Below are positions 29,675 to 41,547 of a stretch of DNA of 64,000 nt, piece after piece (position 1 is the first letter of the stretch; every line of letters starts with the position of its first letter). The translations under genes and the position numbers were made by a program. This stretch comes from an uncultured delta proteobacterium (GTDB lineage: Bacteria > Desulfobacterota > BSN033 > UBA1163), in NCBI GenBank assembly GCA_963827685.1, contig CAWHBU010000003.1, forward strand, positions 320,001 through 384,000, in the 5' to 3' direction. The notes below the pieces were generated by a model, which was not told where the DNA came from, searched no databases, and saw only the letters and a program-made list of their open reading frames with translations.

Positions 29675-31054
29675 TCACCTCTTCCTTCCCGGCCAACGCA
29701 ACACAACAACTTCTTCCCTTAGCTGTCCCCTCGTTGCTGTAGCATACCTAGTGCGAAAAAGGTCGATTCGCATTAACTCATACCCAAGTGCTTGTGCCAT
29801 ATCAGCCAATAGCTGTCCCGTGTGAATCATAATCCTCAGATATGACGCCTGGTCTCCAACCACATAAGCCAATTTAGCGCCTGGACGGAGCGCAGAACGA
29901 AGATCAGCCAGGTGACGTGCCATTCCGCCAAAATACAGTCTTGTCACCTTTCCATAAAGTCTCTCAAATCCAGAGTTCTTCCCAAGCTCTGTTCTTCGTT
30001 TCTCTATGGACGCTGCTATCCGCTGAATTTCCGGATGTCCCACTACCCATTTGTCATCCTGATCGTCCTTGTAAACACCACGTGTATTTGATCGTATAAA
30101 GGTTCTCTTCATCTCTCTCAGTTCCAGCTTACTCTTGATAAATCCAAGAACAACAGACTCAAGCCTTGTCGTCCTTGAATAATCCTTTTCATTTGGATAT
30201 GGTGGAGACGTTATCACCGCATCCACTGAATTCGGCTCAATAATCTCACTTACATTCCGGGCATCTCCCAGATAAACTCTGGAACTTGGAAAAGACTTGT
30301 TACTGACGAGTCTCAAATCGTTAGCAATTCTTTCTATTTCGGACAACCAAGAGGCAACGACTGGAACATCGGTTTTAGGTTTTCCTACTCCCACTTCCGG
30401 CCCGAAGTGAAGGTTGCTGATCCTGAATACCAATGCGTTAGCTAATGCAAGTAAGGCATGCCGGTAATATGGTTCACTCTGGTCTTTTCTTAGACAATCA
30501 AGCAGAATGAGAGTCTTATGTAAAGGAAGAGGACTAATCGAGTTACTCAGAAGGAGTTTTGTCGCTTCAGGATCAAGGGTCCGAAGGGTAACTTCTTTCA
30601 GACGACCCTTAAGGAGCCTGCTGTCGTCTATTCCCTGCGCCTTCAACAATCCTAAAGTGGAATCCGCAATATTGCGTGCTTCCTTCTTCAATAAATCTGG
30701 GTCAATCTCCCAATCTACTTTAACGGAGCTGGCAAAATAGGCAAAAAGGTTTGCTTCTATCCCGATGGCCCGTATGCCATGTCGTTTAGCTTCAACAATG
30801 GTAGTCCCTGTACCACAAAAAGGGTCTAAGATAACGTGTCTTCCGTTTAAACCAAAATCTTCTATGTAATTGCTTACCAAGTGTGGGGGAAAAGAGAGAA
30901 CAAATCTGTACCAATCATGGAAAGCTCGATCTCCTGGGGCTAATTTATTGACGGAGCGTCCATTAATTTCGCGCTCTGCGGTCTTTTCGAGGGATTCACC
31001 GCTGAAAGCGGAGATCGGTAAATGCAGTTGCGTTTGAGTTGACTTCATGGGCAC
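29675..31054 (-). CDS. Site-specific amino DNA methyltransferase (probably N4-cytosine, alpha motif order)
   Basis: SAM-binding LDPFCGTGTT precedes catalytic ITSPPY. Confidence 0.9.
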   Translation of the reverse strand: MPMKSTQTQLHLPISAFSGESLEKTAEREINGRSVNKLAPGDRAFHDWYRFVLSFPPHLVSNYIEDFGLNGRHVILDPFCGTGTTIVEAKRHGIRAIGIEANLFAYFASSVKVDWEIDPDLLKKEARNIADSTLGLLKAQGIDDSRLLKGRLKEVTLRTLDPEATKLLLSNSISPLPLHKTLILLDCLRKDQSEPYYRHALLALANALVFRISNLHFGPEVGVGKPKTDVPVVASWLSEIERIANDLRLVSNKSFPSSRVYLGDARNVSEIIEPNSVDAVITSPPYPNEKDYSRTTRLESVVLGFIKSKLELREMKRTFIRSNTRGVYKDDQDDKWVVGHPEIQRIAASIEKRRTELGKNSGFERLYGKVTRLYFGGMARHLADLRSALRPGAKLAYVVGDQASYLRIMIHTGQLLADMAQALGYELMRIDLFRTRYATATRGQLREEVVVLRWPGRKR

Positions 31055-31070
31055 CTAACTATTTTTTGTC

Positions 31071-31099
31071 ATTATATGGAATGGCATCCAAAAGGTCAA
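31071..31099 (-). promoter_or_regulatory. Sigma70 promoter of the R-M operon
   Basis: Minus strand TTGACC-N17-TATAAT, back to back with TTGACT at 31107 on the + strand. Confidence 0.65.
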
Positions 31100-31170
31100 T
31101 ACTTGTTGACTTTAAGCAGGGGCTTCGGGTATTTTGATAGTAAAGAATCTCTGCAACGGAGGATCATACA

Positions 31171-31917
31171 ATGAATCCATTTTCTGAGGAATCGTGGAAG
31201 CAGTTTCGAGAAATTTTGGGATTACAAGAATCGCCTTTGGGAATCTATTACACAAACGACAAACCCGAAGGGGTCACCCCAAAAGAGGGAATATCCGGAT
31301 GCATGATGGGGCTCCTTCAGAGTGCGAGAAAGAAGGGGAAGATTGTCTATTTTGACAGAGGGCATTTTGGATGTCCGGGAGGAGCTTACTATATGGGATT
31401 TTTTGAATCCCCAAGGCCCAATATCGAATATTTTCTCTCCTGCGGGATTCCGGGTGAGATGGAGGGAGAACGATATATCAAGACACCAGAACGGGCCAGA
31501 GAATATTTCGCCAGGATGATACCGAGACGAGCACCAGCAACCTATTGTGTCTTCAAGCCCGTTGAGCAATTTCAGAGTGGCATAGAGCCAGAGGTGGTTG
31601 TTTTCTTCGCTCCGCCGGATATCCTTTCAGGGCTCTTCACCTTGACGAACTATGCCCTGGAACGCACGGATGCTGTTTACGCACCATTTGGTTCCGGGTG
31701 TGGAACGATTCTCACCTATCCTTTGAAAGAAGCTGGAAAGGAACAGCCCCGTGCCATCCTCGGGATGTTTGATGTTTCTGCAAGGCCTATGATTGAAAAG
31801 GATTTCCTTACCCTTGCCATGCCCTACTCCGTATTATTAAAGCTTTTAGAAAATGTTTCCGGTAGTTTCCTCCAGACGGAGAGCTGGAAGAAGGTTCTTC
31901 ACAGGATTCAAAAATAA
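31171..31917 (+). CDS. DUF169-family protein
   Basis: GC..GCPGG..GF, ERYIKTPE, PEVVVFFA, PFGSGC and GMFDVSARP. Confidence 0.8.
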   Translation: MNPFSEESWKQFREILGLQESPLGIYYTNDKPEGVTPKEGISGCMMGLLQSARKKGKIVYFDRGHFGCPGGAYYMGFFESPRPNIEYFLSCGIPGEMEGERYIKTPERAREYFARMIPRRAPATYCVFKPVEQFQSGIEPEVVVFFAPPDILSGLFTLTNYALERTDAVYAPFGSGCGTILTYPLKEAGKEQPRAILGMFDVSARPMIEKDFLTLAMPYSVLLKLLENVSGSFLQTESWKKVLHRIQK

Positions 31918-32034
31918 GTAAAATCCCAATAGCCAAATTACAAATCCCAAATAAATTCCAATTACCTAATGACCAAATATCTTGAGAGAAACTTCCCCTC
32001 TCCTGGAGGGAGGGGACGGAGGGGAGGGGGACAA

Positions 32035-32451
32035 ATGATCCATTCAGAAACGATTTCTTTAAGTACAAAAGGTTTTAGCGATATCCTGGACATTACCCAT
32101 CATGTAGATGCCGTGACAGACCGCTCAAGAACTGAAAATGGATTGGTCACCGTATTCTGTCCTGGGTCGACAGGTGCTGTCACAACGATAGAATATGAAT
32201 CGGGCGTACTGAGGGATTTACAAAGGGCGATAGAGAAGATCGCCCCATCCGATATCCCTTACGAACATGATAGACGATGGGGCGATGGCAATGGCTTTTC
32301 TCATGTGAGGGCAGCTCTGATGAAACCCTCCCTCAGCATCCCAATGGTCAAGGGAAGATTGGCCTTGGGAACGTGGCAACAAATCGTTTTCATCGATTTT
32401 GATAATCGAAGGAGGGAGAGAAATATTCTTGTTCAGGTGATAGGTGAATAA
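32035..32451 (+). CDS. yjbQ: YjbQ / UPF0047 family protein
   Basis: GSTGAVTTIEYE, NGFSHVRA and LGTWQQIVFIDFD. Confidence 0.92.
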   Translation: MIHSETISLSTKGFSDILDITHHVDAVTDRSRTENGLVTVFCPGSTGAVTTIEYESGVLRDLQRAIEKIAPSDIPYEHDRRWGDGNGFSHVRAALMKPSLSIPMVKGRLALGTWQQIVFIDFDNRRRERNILVQVIGE

Positions 32452-32571
32452 TGTCGGATTATGAAGCAAGTTCTGAAAGGATCCTTAATTCCATACGAAT
32501 TAGGTCAAGAGGTGCTACGATAACGCTTTTTCAGCACACCTTTTCGCTCTCTGGATTTTTTCTGTCGCTAT

Positions 32572-33507
32572 TCAGGTTGACTCCCCTTCCTTTACTTGGT
32601 CAACACACTTTTGGAGGGCCTTGACGAGCTGAGATCGCATCTCTTCGTTTGAATGACTGGGTTTAAAACCGAGATCTCTTTCTGCCTTTTCCCAGCTTAA
32701 ATCCCAGGCCTCGTTTAAAAAGGCAGGTCCCTGCCATTCATTGGATGGTATCAGCTGGATGGAGGAACTTGATTCTGTAAGACGCACAATCATTGCCCCG
32801 ATCTCTTCCCACGTTAATAAAAGACTGCCTACATTGTAGATCTGGCCAGAGGGCCCAGGTTTTGTGATGGCTGACATCATGGCACTTCCCAAATCGGCCA
32901 TGGTAACGAAAGTTCCCCCTGCACCATGAACCATTTCCAGAGGCTGGTGTTTTAACGACTTCTTTATCAAATCCCGTAAATGGCGCCCGCCAATATTGTC
33001 ACCGAAAGCCCACCAGAAACGGAAGATTGTCGCAGAAAGGCCTCGCTCTCTGCTGTAAAACTTGCAGAGCTCTTCTGCCGTGAACTTGCCTAACGCATAA
33101 AGAGGTTTACGTGCCTCTCCGAGAAGGCAGGGATGGGTCTCAGTGACCGGGTGCAGGGCAGCTCGGCCATAAACGGTTGCTGTGCTCGTGTAAACAAGGT
33201 GACGCACTCCTGCTGATGAAGCAGCTTCCAAGAGATGAAGATGACCCTCGATGTCCTCTTCAAAAATTGTATTCGGTTCATCAGCAAAACTCCAGGCCAA
33301 ATTTACGATCGCGTCAATCCCTCGGACCATTTCGCTGACGAGTGCCCCATCCGTTAAATTCCCCTGAAAATAGGGAACGGCAAGTTCCTCCATCTCTCTG
33401 GTTTTGGTGGCTTTGTCCAACACCACGACTTCATGACCACGATTGGAAAAATCTTTTATCAGATGTTTCCCAACTTCGCCTGCACCACCGACAATCAGAA
33501 CCTTCAT
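32572..33507 (-). CDS. NAD-dependent epimerase/dehydratase (extended SDR)
   Basis: GGAGEVG, STATVYG and YALGK (YxxxK). Confidence 0.88.
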   Translation of the reverse strand: MKVLIVGGAGEVGKHLIKDFSNRGHEVVVLDKATKTREMEELAVPYFQGNLTDGALVSEMVRGIDAIVNLAWSFADEPNTIFEEDIEGHLHLLEAASSAGVRHLVYTSTATVYGRAALHPVTETHPCLLGEARKPLYALGKFTAEELCKFYSRERGLSATIFRFWWAFGDNIGGRHLRDLIKKSLKHQPLEMVHGAGGTFVTMADLGSAMMSAITKPGPSGQIYNVGSLLLTWEEIGAMIVRLTESSSSIQLIPSNEWQGPAFLNEAWDLSWEKAERDLGFKPSHSNEEMRSQLVKALQKCVDQVKEGEST

Positions 33508-33527
33508 CTTCTTCCCCTCTTGATCAC

Positions 33528-33575
33528 AAAAAGAGGGGATGGGGAGCGGAATATTCTCCGCCCCTTTCCCCTCTT
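33528..33575 (-). terminator. Intrinsic terminator downstream of oxlT
   Basis: Minus strand aagaggggaaaggggcggagaatattccgctccccatcccctcttttt. Confidence 0.65.
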
Positions 33576-33680
33576 CAACTTACATAATCATTTTCTCTCA
33601 TTCTGAACAGAAGGTAGTTCTACCCTCGTATACGCTCCTGCCGAATATCGATGTCCTCTGCACCAGGAAATTTTTCCGCT

Positions 33681-35006
33681 TCAAGCTCCCTTTGGAACTT
33701 CCTTTGCAATTCTGCTTCTGATCACAGGCCTTAAGACGAAGAAGGCAAGGAGCGCAGCCATGGCGTCGAATAGGGCCGTGATGTAATAAGGAACAACGAA
33801 CGACCCAGCGAAGAACGCTGCCATCAGAGCGGCGCCATATCCTGCCAGAATGGAAGACACTCCTTTAGCGGTGTATAACATGCCGTAGTTGGCGGTGGCA
33901 TTTTTGGGTCCGAATACGTCACCGGTGATGGCAGAGAACAGTGCGTATATTTCGCCCCATGAAAGGAAGACGAAGGGCAAGACGAGGACGAACAATATCG
34001 GGCTACCATGGATTTGAGTCATCAGAAAGATGAGGAACGCCTCTACCGCAAAGGCAAGGGTCATCGTATATTCCCTGCCCAGTTTGTCAGAGATTGAACC
34101 CCACATAATCCTGGAGAAGGCGTTCGTGACCCCGGCCAGCGTAGCCGTAAAGGGAACGATTGCAAAACCCCACACTTTCGTATCGAATACATTGAGAGAC
34201 TTGGCAATCTGGGATAAATTTCCTGTGGTCATCAGGCCTCCCGTGGCGACAAAAAGGAACATGATGTACAAGAGATAAAACTCAGGCCTCGTCAGCGTTT
34301 GAGACCAGGTATAGTTCACCTTTGATTGAGCAACGGCCTTGGTCACCAGTTTTGAGCGCTGTTCCCATCCAGGAGGCGCCCATCCCGCAGGAGGATGACG
34401 CAGTATCAAGGCCATGATGAAAGCGATGATGCCCTGGGCGACCCCCCATACAGCCATTGCGCCGGCCCACCCCATACTGCTTATCGTCCCCGCAATGGGT
34501 ATGATGGTTAATGCTGCTCCGCCGCCAAATCCTGCGGCAGTTAGGCCGGCTGCCAATCCCCTTCTATCAGGGAACCATTTAACAGCATTCGCTACCGTTG
34601 AAATATAGATGATTCCTGCCCCGGTCCCGGCAATGAGGCCGTAATAGATGTAAAGTTCAAAAACAGACTTAGCGACTGTTCCTCCGAGTAGCCATCCAGC
34701 AAGAATGGCAATGGAGCCTAACATCATGAGCTTGCGGATACCGAACCTATCGACGAAGTATCCTGCTACCGGCACAGGCCATGTTTCAAACAGAATGAAC
34801 ATTGAAAATATGGCCGCTATTTTAGCGTAGGGCACCCCTGTGAATTGTTGCTTCATCCCTGGCGTAAAGAGGGTGAACGAATATTGATAATTCGATATGA
34901 CGATCATCGCGATGACACCAGCGAATAGTTGGACCCACCGATTACCAGCGAGTGAACCGTAGGTTTGTTTGGCAATGTCGACTTGAGTTGTGGTTGTGTC
35001 AGGCAT
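33681..35006 (-). CDS. oxlT: Oxalate/formate antiporter family MFS transporter
   Basis: NRWVQL, SNYQYSFTLF, KWFPDRRGLAAGLTAAGFGGG, WGEIYALF and NYGMLYTAKG. Adjacent to the OOR genes. Confidence 0.9.
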   Translation of the reverse strand: MPDTTTTQVDIAKQTYGSLAGNRWVQLFAGVIAMIVISNYQYSFTLFTPGMKQQFTGVPYAKIAAIFSMFILFETWPVPVAGYFVDRFGIRKLMMLGSIAILAGWLLGGTVAKSVFELYIYYGLIAGTGAGIIYISTVANAVKWFPDRRGLAAGLTAAGFGGGAALTIIPIAGTISSMGWAGAMAVWGVAQGIIAFIMALILRHPPAGWAPPGWEQRSKLVTKAVAQSKVNYTWSQTLTRPEFYLLYIMFLFVATGGLMTTGNLSQIAKSLNVFDTKVWGFAIVPFTATLAGVTNAFSRIMWGSISDKLGREYTMTLAFAVEAFLIFLMTQIHGSPILFVLVLPFVFLSWGEIYALFSAITGDVFGPKNATANYGMLYTAKGVSSILAGYGAALMAAFFAGSFVVPYYITALFDAMAALLAFFVLRPVIRSRIAKEVPKGA

Positions 35007-35053
35007 AGTCCTCCTCCTTTCTCAAAATGCCTAGGTTAGGGCTAAACGAACTC

Positions 35054-35089
35054 GGTTCAGAGTATTCCGCCAGCGGAATACTCTGAACC
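35054..35089. terminator. Perfect 16-17 bp hairpin between oorB and oxlT
   Basis: ggttcagagtattccgc-ca-gcggaatactctgaacc. No U tract, so it may be an mRNA stabiliser or partial attenuator. Confidence 0.55.
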
Positions 35090-35103
35090 CGAATGGCAGA
35101 AAA

Positions 35104-37328
<2,225 letters not shown>

Positions 37329-37344
37329 GATTTTTCCTCCTTCA

Positions 37345-37674
37345 TTAGAAAGGTTTTTCAAGACGAACAACCCCGTCCTCAAAGTCAAGCTCTGGAACAG
37401 CACTAAGGGCATCCGCCGGACATTCGTGGATGCAGATCTGACAGCCTTTGCAAAACTTCCAGTTCCATTCCATCTTGTCTTCTTTTTCATTGTAGGACCA
37501 GCAGGAATCTGGACAGGCAATGTAACAAGTAAAACAACGGGTGCACTTCTCATGGTCAATCACCGGACGAACGATCCGCCAGTTTGAAGTGATAAAGAGT
37601 TCCTGCTGCCTCACTGGAGCAGGTGTGATCGCTCCGAAGGGAACTTCTCTATCTTTTGGGACTTTTATCGCCAT
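37345..37674 (-). CDS. 2x[4Fe-4S] delta subunit of oxalate oxidoreductase (stand-alone)
   Basis: WRIVRPVIDHEKCTRCFTCYIACPD..CKGCQICIHECP..VPELDF, with its own AAAGGAG RBS. Confidence 0.88.
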   Translation of the reverse strand: MAIKVPKDREVPFGAITPAPVRQQELFITSNWRIVRPVIDHEKCTRCFTCYIACPDSCWSYNEKEDKMEWNWKFCKGCQICIHECPADALSAVPELDFEDGVVRLEKPF

Positions 37675-37751
37675 AATCTTCTCCTTTCTCTATGCTTTCT
37701 TTAAATTCTTCTTTTCTTCCACATTCTGCATTCCTCATTCCGCATTCGGCA

Positions 37752-38390
37752 TCAGCCTCCCCAGAAGTACTCTGAACGGGGTTTACGAAATTTTTGCATT
37801 TTCACTTCATTAAAACCGCGTTCCATCGCCGCGACGTTGGTAATGATTTTTGCAATATTCTCTTTTTTCGCCATCCCCGTCACCTTGGCCATTGCCCCGA
37901 GCAGGGGTGCGGCAATGCCGGCTCCAATTCCTGCCGTGTCCACCCCTCCTTCTGAACCGGAGAAGTCAACCGTCTTTATCCCGGAGATTCCATCTGCATC
38001 CACTGTGGCAATAGCGCCTAATATATCCGCATTGGGGATAAATTTAAGCATATAATCGATCGGCCGGCTCGTATTAATAATCAAGAGGCCGCCTTCAGGC
38101 ATCCCTTTGAGCACATTGATCCCCTTAACAATGGTGGGTTCAACGATCACCACCACATCAGGGTGAGCGTTCGTATAGAGATATTTCATCTCGATCTCTT
38201 CATCACTGATTCGCGCGTATTTCCGGGTTGTAACGAGCACACGGTCGGGCAGGTCTTCATAATTGTCAAAGGCCTGGACAAATCTGCCCTCCATCTTTGC
38301 TGCCTGAGCAAAGGCATTGGCCACATCGCGGGCCTCCTTATCCATGACCACTCCTCGTGTCCAAACTGTGATTTCAGTTACTTTAGCCAT
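37752..38390 (-). CDS. Gamma subunit of oxalate oxidoreductase (stand-alone)
   Basis: ITVWTRGVVMDKEARD, NYEDLPDR and GIGAGIAAP match the N-terminal part of the recalled Moorella OorD. Confidence 0.86.
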   Translation of the reverse strand: MAKVTEITVWTRGVVMDKEARDVANAFAQAAKMEGRFVQAFDNYEDLPDRVLVTTRKYARISDEEIEMKYLYTNAHPDVVVIVEPTIVKGINVLKGMPEGGLLIINTSRPIDYMLKFIPNADILGAIATVDADGISGIKTVDFSGSEGGVDTAGIGAGIAAPLLGAMAKVTGMAKKENIAKIITNVAAMERGFNEVKMQKFRKPRSEYFWGG

Positions 38391-38455
38391 AAATAGATAC
38401 CTCCTTAAAGCAATGTTGGGCAATCAAACTGATCCATGAAATTAAACAATCGATA

Positions 38456-39193
38456 TCAGGAATGAGATTTCTCCGCCTGAAACCTATGAGCTTCCACACC
38501 TCCTTTCTTTTTCTTGAACAATACATCCTCCACCTTCTTTAGATGCCGGCGCATCGCCTGCCGAGCGCCTGTACCATTGCCATTCTTAATAGCCAACAGG
38601 ATCTCGCGATGACCCTGAAGGGATTTTTGTTTTCTCTCCTCGGTTTGAAGGTAATTTTCACGAGTCTTGCTAAGGAGGTCCAGAAGGGCAAGAAGAAGAC
38701 GCTCCAAAATCCTGTTTCGCGACATCCGGGCCAAACAGTGATGAAAATCGGAATCCGTTCGAATCGGGTTCATACCCTGGGCGACTTCTTTTTTTTGTTC
38801 CTCAAGGATCTCCTCGAGCTCAACGATTTCCTCAGGGGTTGCATTTTCTGATGCAAGTTGGGCCACTTCGGGTTCGATCATTTTGCGCAGAGAAAAGATG
38901 TCGATCAGATCATCCTTCTCATGAAAGAGGGAAGTGGCTAAAGGTTGTACCAGGGCTTCTTCATTAGAAGCGATCACGTAAGTTCCATCTCCCTGTCGTC
39001 TCTGAACAAGGTTCATTGCTTCAAGATAAAAAGTGGCCTCCCTTACAGAGGCGCGGGATACTTTGAAGGTATCGGCTAATTCTCTTTCAGTCGGAAGCTG
39101 GTCACCTTGCTTGAATTTCCCTCTTTGGATAAGATGATGGATTTGTCCTACGATATCCTCGTAGACTCGCTTTTTTTTAACCGCCTTCAACAT
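38456..39193 (-). CDS. GntR/FadR-family transcriptional regulator
   Basis: GDQLPTERELA..VSRASVREA..GDGTYV and FCD domain (DSDFH..N..H..MRRHL). Confidence 0.94.
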   Translation of the reverse strand: MLKAVKKKRVYEDIVGQIHHLIQRGKFKQGDQLPTERELADTFKVSRASVREATFYLEAMNLVQRRQGDGTYVIASNEEALVQPLATSLFHEKDDLIDIFSLRKMIEPEVAQLASENATPEEIVELEEILEEQKKEVAQGMNPIRTDSDFHHCLARMSRNRILERLLLALLDLLSKTRENYLQTEERKQKSLQGHREILLAIKNGNGTGARQAMRRHLKKVEDVLFKKKKGGVEAHRFQAEKSHS

Positions 39194-41322
39194 GGGGACA
39201 CCCCCTCCTTTTCCTGAACTTCTTTGAGTGCCTCTTCAAGATGAGAAGCAGTGACTAAAAGCTTTTTTGATTTGCTCTTCCCCGAGTCGTGGATCAATTC
39301 TCCGATGGCAAGCATGGTTGCCCTCCTCGCAATGAAGGCGATATGAGAACCCGTCATTCCATCTGTGCGTTTGGCCAACTCTGCCAGGTTTACATTGTCG
39401 GCCAAAGGCCTCTCTCTGGTGTGAACCCGAAAGATCTCTAACCGCTCTTCCTCGTCGGGGAAGGGAAAGTTAAGAATATAGTCAAGCCGTCCGGCCCGCG
39501 TTAAGGCGGGGTCGAGCAGATCTTCACGATTCGTCGCTCCGAGCACAAGGACCTGAGAAAGATCACTCAGGTTATCCAGCTCATTAAAAAACTGACTGGC
39601 CATGCGTTCGACCGCCCCGCCTTCATTTCCATAGCCACGGGTGGTCACCAGGGCATCGATTTCATCAAAAAACAGGATGCAGGGGGCCGACTGTTTCGCT
39701 TTTTTAAAGATCTGATGCAGGGCTTTTTCTGATTCTCCAAGCCACTTTGAGAAAAGGATGGGACCGCTGATGGAAATGAAATTCAGGCCCGTTTCTCCCG
39801 CCAAAGCCTTTGCCATAAGCGTCTTCCCAGTGCCCGAAGGTCCGGAGAAAAGAACCCCTCTCGGAGGGAGTACTTTACCTTCGTCAAAAAGCTCCGGAAA
39901 TTTGTGGGGCCAATCTACAATGGAGATGAGGGTTTCTTTAATCCTCTTCAATCCGCCGATATGGTGCCACTGGACCTTAGACCTCTCCGTATAAAATTCA
40001 CGCGTTGCTGTGGGTTCAATCTCACGGAGGGCCGCCAAAAAGTCCTCCATCGTGATCTCCAGATGATCCGGGTTGACGAGCATGGCATCGAGATGATTGT
40101 CGCTCTCGAGAGAAAGATATCTCCTTAAAGCCACCATTCCCGCCTCTTTGCATAAAGCCTCTAAATCCGCTCCGACAAAGGCATGGGTAATCTGGGCAAG
40201 GCGTTCCAAATCGACATCAGAGGCCAGGGGCATACGGCGGCTGTGAATCCTAAGGATGGCGTGGCGGCCTTCGGCGTTCGGAACGGAGAGGGCCATCTCA
40301 CGGTCAAAGCGACCTGGTCGTCTGAGAGCAGGGTCGATCATCTCCGGGATGTTGGTGGCCCCAATGACAATCACCTGTCCACGGGAGACCATCCCATCCA
40401 TCAAGGCCAGGAGCTGGGCAACCACTCTTTTCTCGACATCTCCTAGGACCTCTGCGCGTTTTGGGGCGATAGCATCGATTTCGTCGATAAAGATGATGCT
40501 GGGGGCATTGCGGGTTGCATCTTCAAAGATCTCCCTTAGGCGGGCTTCACTTTCACCATAAAATTTATGGATGATTTCCGGTCCGTTCACCCGAATGAAA
40601 TGGAGTTTTGTCTCGCTGGCGATGGCGCGGGCAATGAGGGTTTTCCCTGTCCCAGGAGGACCATAGAGGAGTACCCCCTTGGGTGCTTCGACTCCCAGTT
40701 TTTCAAAAACCTCCACATAGCGCAAGGGGAGCTCGACCATCTCGCGAATAAGCTTTAATTCTTTTTCAAGCCCACCGACGTCCTCGTAAGAAACATGAGA
40801 AGGTGCCTCGATGGAAATATCTGGTCTTTTTATCAGGAATTTGGTCTTCAGGTTAATCAAAACTCCCCCTGATGGAGAAGTCGCTTCGACAAGAAAAAAA
40901 CGGTCCTTCCCTGTTAAAAAGGGGACATTGATTTTATCCCCAATCAGTATAGGTAACCCCTGGAGGATTTTGGGAAACTGCTCCAGCTCGCTTCCTTCTG
41001 GGACGACGTTTGTTAAATCGAGAGGGGTAATGAGGACCGTTGTGGCGATTTTATAGGGGATTTTTTTTATTCTTACAATTTCCCCCAAGTTTACCTCGGC
41101 ATTGCTGCGAGTGATCCCGTCGATCTGAATTATTTTTTTTCCATAATACTCTGGGAAGGTTCCGGTGATCCTGGCGACTGTTTTTTTCTCTCCACTCATC
41201 TCGATCAGATCGCCGAGGACACCTCCTAACGCCTTAATATCCTCTGGATCGAGGCGCGCCAATCCCTTTCCGACATCTTCAGCCAAGGTTTCAGCCACCT
41301 TTAATTCAATAAAACCGCCCAC
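39187..41322 (-). CDS. CDC48/p97/VAT-family double-ring AAA+ ATPase
   Basis: N domain (EDVGKGLARLDP..DGITRSNA). D1: GPPGTGKT, KFYGESE, DEID, RRPGRFD. D2: GPSGTGKT, KWLGESE, DEID, RAGRLD. Probable GTG start at 41322. Confidence 0.93.
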   Translation of the reverse strand: MGGFIELKVAETLAEDVGKGLARLDPEDIKALGGVLGDLIEMSGEKKTVARITGTFPEYYGKKIIQIDGITRSNAEVNLGEIVRIKKIPYKIATTVLITPLDLTNVVPEGSELEQFPKILQGLPILIGDKINVPFLTGKDRFFLVEATSPSGGVLINLKTKFLIKRPDISIEAPSHVSYEDVGGLEKELKLIREMVELPLRYVEVFEKLGVEAPKGVLLYGPPGTGKTLIARAIASETKLHFIRVNGPEIIHKFYGESEARLREIFEDATRNAPSIIFIDEIDAIAPKRAEVLGDVEKRVVAQLLALMDGMVSRGQVIVIGATNIPEMIDPALRRPGRFDREMALSVPNAEGRHAILRIHSRRMPLASDVDLERLAQITHAFVGADLEALCKEAGMVALRRYLSLESDNHLDAMLVNPDHLEITMEDFLAALREIEPTATREFYTERSKVQWHHIGGLKRIKETLISIVDWPHKFPELFDEGKVLPPRGVLFSGPSGTGKTLMAKALAGETGLNFISISGPILFSKWLGESEKALHQIFKKAKQSAPCILFFDEIDALVTTRGYGNEGGAVERMASQFFNELDNLSDLSQVLVLGATNREDLLDPALTRAGRLDYILNFPFPDEEERLEIFRVHTRERPLADNVNLAELAKRTDGMTGSHIAFIARRATMLAIGELIHDSGKSKSKKLLVTASHLEEALKEVQEKEGVSPC

Positions 41323-41347
41323 AGAAAATGCTTCTCCCTCGATGAGC

Positions 41348-41405
41348 AAATTGGTATAAAGATCAGACCAATTTCATATTAGAATATTTCTGCCCATTCT
41401 GTCAA
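41348..41405 (-). promoter_or_regulatory. Sigma70 promoter with FadR-type palindromic operator for the cdc48-gntR-oor operon
   Basis: TTGACA(41405-41400)-N18-TAATAT(41381-41376), followed directly by AAATTGGT-ctgatctttat-ACCAATTT. Confidence 0.7.
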
Positions 41406-41547
41406 GACATTTTGCGTTATGCCAGATTATCGTGTGCTTAAGAGGCGAAGGGGTAAAAATGAAAGACGGCGTCGGGGCGAGCGGGATACGACCGGAATTC
41501 GCATTTCTTGACTAAGATTTTCTGCGGCGAAGAAACGGGGATGTTTT

